From contig CAYSSY010000003.1 in assembly GCA_964434055.1 (NCBI GenBank), positions 10,372-74,371 on the forward strand: a DNA stretch of 64,000 bases, given 5' to 3'. The position numbers and the translations under genes were made by a program. Below are positions 59,827-64,000 of the stretch, in pieces (the first letter of the stretch is position 1; each line of letters begins with the position of its first letter). Source of the DNA: an uncultured Gammaproteobacteria bacterium. Its GTDB lineage: Bacteria; Patescibacteriota; Patescibacteriia; UBA2196; CAYSSY01. Under the pieces are notes generated by a model that was given only the letters and a program-made list of their open reading frames with translations, did not search any database and was not told the DNA's origin.

Positions 59827-59898
59827 TGCCCCCAGCAGGAATCGAACCCACATTCCAAGCTCCGGAAGCTTGTGTCCTATCCATTGAACGATGGGGGC
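59827..59898 (-). tRNA. tRNA-Arg(CCG)
   Basis: GCCCCCA acceptor, CAAGC-TTCCGGA-GCTTG anticodon arm, GTGGG-TTCGATT-CCTGC. Confidence 0.95.
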
Positions 59899-59935
59899 TT
59901 TATCTACAATTGTAATTTTATTATCAAAATAATAA

Positions 59936-61057
59936 CTAACTAAATATAATCATCTTAACTACCTTATAAAGATTCAACCATTTATTGTTAATAATAAAAT
60001 CTAAAGCACCGACATAATTTATTTCTCGGCCGGTTTTTTCCCCAATAAATCCCCGTTTAAATCTAGTAATGCCCAACCAGCTATTCGTTGCCTGATTTTT
60101 GTCATTTGGTGTTTGTAAAGCTATCCCCCAAAAATCATACCAATGATAACCCTGTTTCTTGGCCCATCTAATTGCCGCCCATTGTGTAGCATAATTAGGC
60201 ATAACATCTCTAAAATTATTTGCTGAACCACCATGCAAATAAGTTGCAGTGTCTCCAAAACCCATGACCATTATAGCAGCGAGTACCTTGTTTTGATATT
60301 CAGAAAAAAATAAACAATTTTTTAAATCAGTTCCTGTCTGATCGGAATAATTGAAATAATCTATTAAACTCTGGTAATATTTTTTGCTAAAAATTTTAAT
60401 GCCATCGCGTTGGGCTGTTTCTTGAAGTAAATTATAAAAATTATCAATTTGGGATTTAGAATTTGAAATTGGTGATTTAACGATAACCCCTTTTTTTTCC
60501 GCCAATCTTATATTATATCTGCACTTATGGTGCATGTCTGCTAAAATTTCTTCTTCTGATTTTGTTAAATCAAGAAGCAAGGTAGTGTTTGGATTTTTAG
60601 AATGAACTAAAATTTGTGGTGTCATTAGGCCAGGAATCATAACCTGTAAATCATGCTCATCATATGGTGGCTCAATTCTAAAAAAAATAATTTGCTCCTG
60701 CTTAGCTGTCTTATTAATTTCTCCTACTAACGACTCGAGTATTTCTTTTTTGTCTTCATTTTTTGATATTGAATTTAAGATTACCGGCCCACGCGGACAC
60801 TCCCAATAGTATCTAGCTAAGGGCAATTTCTTTTTGATTATTAAGGCAGTCGCAACTAATTCTGCTTGACCAATATTCTTATTATTGAATAATGTTTTCG
60901 TGCTATAAATAGTGTAATACTTAACTTTTTCCCCTAAGGACTGACGAAACTTACCCCATGTCCAACTTTGCAAAAAAGAAGATGGGGAAGAATTCTCCAT
61001 CACAAATTTATCCCATTTTTTTTGAAAATTTTCGTCATTAATTTCTCTAATTTCCAT
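59936..61057 (-). CDS. FemABX-family peptidoglycan bridge aminoacyltransferase
   Basis: FLQSWTWG, PRGP, KCRYNIRLAEKKGV, YLHGGS, YDFWGI, GITRFKRGF. Confidence 0.93.
   Translation of the reverse strand: MEIREINDENFQKKWDKFVMENSSPSSFLQSWTWGKFRQSLGEKVKYYTIYSTKTLFNNKNIGQAELVATALIIKKKLPLARYYWECPRGPVILNSISKNEDKKEILESLVGEINKTAKQEQIIFFRIEPPYDEHDLQVMIPGLMTPQILVHSKNPNTTLLLDLTKSEEEILADMHHKCRYNIRLAEKKGVIVKSPISNSKSQIDNFYNLLQETAQRDGIKIFSKKYYQSLIDYFNYSDQTGTDLKNCLFFSEYQNKVLAAIMVMGFGDTATYLHGGSANNFRDVMPNYATQWAAIRWAKKQGYHWYDFWGIALQTPNDKNQATNSWLGITRFKRGFIGEKTGREINYVGALDFIINNKWLNLYKVVKMIIFS
60446..60480. repeat. Heptamer tandem repeat within the FemAB coding sequence
   Basis: aatttgg gatttag aatttga aattggt gatttaa (encodes KSPISNSKSQI). 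Confidence 0.7.
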
Positions 61058-61176
61058 ATTACTAATCTAACATTTTAACCCTTGAAAATCAATTAACAGA
61101 CTAAGGCGGGGATATAGATAGTGATTATTTTTTAAAAAATAAAAACAAGCATTTTTAAGACTTGTTTTTTAAAAAA

Positions 61177-61755
61177 TTACCTTTTACCTAACATTTTTAG
61201 GGCCTGCTTGATTGTTTCATTCTCGTCGGTTAAGTTAGTTGAAATTCTTCTCATAACTTCACGTACTTCTCTTTCCGAATAACCCAAACCTTGCAGAGCT
61301 TCAAAGACACCGTGATCATCATTAATACTCTTAATATCCTGCTCACTTAACGCCAAATTTTCTAACTTATCTTTAAGCTCGACAATGATACGATCAGCCG
61401 TCTTTTGTCCAATACCAGAAACCTTGCGCAATAGGGTTGGATCGCCGTGAACAATTGCCTTTTTAATTTCATTGATTTTCGCAATCGTCAGTACCTGAAG
61501 CGCTGATTTTGGACCAACACCTGAAATAGTTATTAACAACTCAAAAAAATTTTTTTCTTCAATTGTTTCAAAGCCATAAAGTTCCATCACATCCTGTCTG
61601 ACATGTAAATGACAAAAGAACTCCTTAACTTCCCCAATTTTCAAGCGTTCTAAAAATGACAAAGGCAGAAAAATTTCATAACCGATATTATTAATATCAA
61701 GAGTTAATGAACGTTGATTCTTATTTTTAATCTGACCTTTTAGATAGGAAATCAT
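61177..61755 (-). CDS. ruvA: Holliday junction branch migration protein RuvA
   Basis: MISYLKG, LYGF, ISGVGPKSA, GIGQKTADRIIVELKDK, ALQGLGY. Confidence 0.97.
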   Translation of the reverse strand: MISYLKGQIKNKNQRSLTLDINNIGYEIFLPLSFLERLKIGEVKEFFCHLHVRQDVMELYGFETIEEKNFFELLITISGVGPKSALQVLTIAKINEIKKAIVHGDPTLLRKVSGIGQKTADRIIVELKDKLENLALSEQDIKSINDDHGVFEALQGLGYSEREVREVMRRISTNLTDENETIKQALKMLGKR

Positions 61756-61890
61756 TTTTTGAAAAAATTAAACTTTAATCATAGTTTAATTTTAACAGAT
61801 CCTTGGGTTATTTTCAATTTTAATATCCAACCAAATCAGCTATAATATAATTGCTAAATAATTGGCGAAAAAAAATATTTAATATAAATT

Positions 61891-62583
61891 ATGACGGTTA
61901 TAAAAATTGCCCATCGTGGAGCTTCTGGTTATAAACCACAAAACACACTGGCAGCTTTTGATAAAGCATGTGAACTTAAAGTCGACTATATTGAATGTGA
62001 CACTAGATTGTGTCATAGTGGACAGCTAGTTGTAATCCATGATAAAACCGTTGATAAAACAACCAATGGAAAGGGCAGTGTTTCAAAGTTAACATTACAA
62101 GAATTAAAAAAACTTGACGCGGGACAAGGCGAATCAATTCCGACTTTGGCTGAAGTATTGGGACGTTATCAACACCGAGTTAAAATAATGGTTGACTTGA
62201 AATCTCCTAACTGTGCTAATGCTTTTTTAGAACTTATTCGCCGCTACCAGGCGCAAAAAAATATCATCGCTGCTTCCACTTATCATCATTTATTAGCCTC
62301 AATAAAAATAAGAGAACCAAAAATCGAAACTGCTATTTCTTTTGATATTTACAATTATTTAAAACATTTTTTTGTTAAAAATTTCTTTGTGGCCGCCGCA
62401 AAAATTATCAAAGCAGAAAATGTCAACATTTATTACAAATTTATAGATGAAGATCTAGTTAAACGCGCTCATCGCCATAAAATAAAAATTAATGCTTTCC
62501 CGCCGAATAATATTGAAGAAATTAAATGGCTGAAAAACATTAAAGTCGACGGGATTATTTCAAACTTCCCTGATTTAATATAG
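61891..62583 (+). CDS. Glycerophosphodiester phosphodiesterase
   Basis: IAHRGASG, ECD, HD, IPTL, VDGIISNFPD. Confidence 0.93.
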   Translation: MTVIKIAHRGASGYKPQNTLAAFDKACELKVDYIECDTRLCHSGQLVVIHDKTVDKTTNGKGSVSKLTLQELKKLDAGQGESIPTLAEVLGRYQHRVKIMVDLKSPNCANAFLELIRRYQAQKNIIAASTYHHLLASIKIREPKIETAISFDIYNYLKHFFVKNFFVAAAKIIKAENVNIYYKFIDEDLVKRAHRHKIKINAFPPNNIEEIKWLKNIKVDGIISNFPDLI

Positions 62584-62591
62584 AAACATTT

Positions 62592-64000
62592 ATGCCTCAG
62601 TTTAAATTACAAGCCAAATTTTCGCCGAAAGGTGACCAGCCGCAAGCAATCACCGAACTCGTTCAAGGCTTAAAAAATAATTTACACGACCAAACGCTTT
62701 TAGGTGTAACTGGCTCTGGTAAAACTTTTACCATGGCTAATATTATTGCTCAAGTTCAGCGACCAACCTTAATTATCTCGCATAATAAAACGCTAGCGGC
62801 ACAACTGGCAGAAGAATTTAAAGATTTTTTTCCGAAAAATGCAGTAAATTATTTTGTGTCATATTATGACTATTACCAGCCAGAAGCTTATATTCCTCAA
62901 AGTGATACCTATATTGAAAAAGAAACATCTTTAAATGAAGAAATTGACCGCCTGCGACATGCCTCAACTCAGGCGCTGCTTTCACGTTCAGATGTTATCA
63001 TTGTTGCTTCAGTCTCCTGTATTTACGGACTCGGATCGCCAAGCGAGTACAAAGCTGAGAGTTTAGAAATTAAAATCGGACAAAAAATAGCCATGGCTCA
63101 GTTGGCCAGGCAACTCAACAAATTACGTTATACGCGCAATGATTATGATTTTTTTCGCGGACGATATCGTCTAAAGGGTGACACTTTGGATATTTATCAG
63201 CCATATGCTCTAGATGAAGTCACGCGCATTGAATTCTTTGGTCAGACCATTGAAAATATCAGCCTGACCAACTATCTAACTGGTAAAAAAATAACTAACC
63301 TGGAAGGAACAACTGTTTTCCCGGCCAGCCATTATCTAGCACCGGCTGAAAACTTTAAAAAAGCTCTGCGAGATATTAAGAATGATTTAAGAATACGCCT
63401 TCAAGACTTGAAAAAAAAGAAAAAACTCTTGGAGGCTCAGCGATTGGAAGAAAGAACAATCTATGATTTGGAAATGATGGAACAAACTGGCTATTGCAAT
63501 GGTATTGAAAACTACTCCCGTTACTTTGATGGCCGCAAAATTGGAGAACCACCTTACACGCTACTTGATTTCTTTCCGGAAAACTATTTGCTTTTCATCG
63601 ACGAATCACACATGACTATCCCACAAATTAGAGGCATGTACGCCGGCGATCAGGCCAGAAAAAAAACACTCATTGACTTTGGATTTCGTCTACCTTCTGC
63701 CTTGGATAATAGACCATTAAATTTTAAAGAATTTTTAGAACGAACCAGCCAAACAATTTATGTCTCAGCCACACCGCAGGATTGGGAGCTGACAAAATCA
63801 AAAAATGTTGTTGAACAATTAGTCCGTCCGACCGGACTACTCGACCCGGATATCGAAATTAAACCAACAAAAAACCAAATAGATGATCTGATTGAGCAAA
63901 TTCGTCAACGAATCAAAAAAAATCAACGGGTTTTGGTGACAACTCTAACAAAAAGACTCTCCGAGGATTTGGCTAACCATCTCCAAGAAATTGGCCTTAA
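62592..64000 (+). CDS. uvrB: Excinuclease ABC subunit B (runs off window)
   Basis: Manual translation: MPQFKLQAKFSPKGDQPQAI...LLGVTGSGKTFTMAN...HNKTLAAQL...YYDYYQPEAY. Confidence 0.97.
   Translation, partial: MPQFKLQAKFSPKGDQPQAITELVQGLKNNLHDQTLLGVTGSGKTFTMANIIAQVQRPTLIISHNKTLAAQLAEEFKDFFPKNAVNYFVSYYDYYQPEAYIPQSDTYIEKETSLNEEIDRLRHASTQALLSRSDVIIVASVSCIYGLGSPSEYKAESLEIKIGQKIAMAQLARQLNKLRYTRNDYDFFRGRYRLKGDTLDIYQPYALDEVTRIEFFGQTIENISLTNYLTGKKITNLEGTTVFPASHYLAPAENFKKALRDIKNDLRIRLQDLKKKKKLLEAQRLEERTIYDLEMMEQTGYCNGIENYSRYFDGRKIGEPPYTLLDFFPENYLLFIDESHMTIPQIRGMYAGDQARKKTLIDFGFRLPSALDNRPLNFKEFLERTSQTIYVSATPQDWELTKSKNVVEQLVRPTGLLDPDIEIKPTKNQIDDLIEQIRQRIKKNQRVLVTTLTKRLSEDLANHLQEIGL

Noticed and set aside
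1-64000. Genome-wide UGA recoding (code 25 or 4)
   Set aside because: Long genes (rpoB, rpoC, ftsK) are open under code 11, and TGA ends ORFs at 32463, 34522 and 58608.

Overview
AT-rich bacterial chromosomal segment in genetic code 11. Gene content and order (secG-peptide SBP-tRNA-Leu-RNase J, FemAB, orphan PEP-utilizer proteins, Elp3, giant surface protein, core genes lacking Shine-Dalgarno sites) suggest a Patescibacteria/CPR organism; this is inference. The backbone is housekeeping: atpB (partial), raiA, trpS, rnj, secG, uvrC, murI, glyA, folD, xseAB, rpsF-ssb-rpsR, recA, ftsK, rpoBC, murE, ruvA, uvrB (partial), tRNA-Leu(CAG) and tRNA-Arg(CCG). Notable elements: (1) an operon-like array of seven divergent paralogous class I SAM-methyltransferase-fold genes with a non-canonical LG(S/A)TP(E/R)xRD motif I, ending in a phosphohistidine (PEP-utilizer) protein and bounded by a REP-like inverted repeat and a terminator; (2) an intact tRNA-Leu(CAG) nested in the anticodon loop of a second, interrupted tRNA-Leu-like scaffold; (3) a cobalamin riboswitch upstream of a secreted alpha-barrel + DUF4430-like protein resembling transcobalamin architecture; (4) a Trm9-like methyltransferase and Elp3 head-to-head 1 nt apart; (5) an unannotated C2H2 zinc-finger ORF with an in-frame TGA; (6) a foreign-looking T9SS-CTD/FlgD-Ig gene; (7) degenerate heptamer repeats within coding genes. 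No CRISPR array, rRNA, transposase or integrase was seen. All product calls come from motif recognition by eye; no database searches were run.
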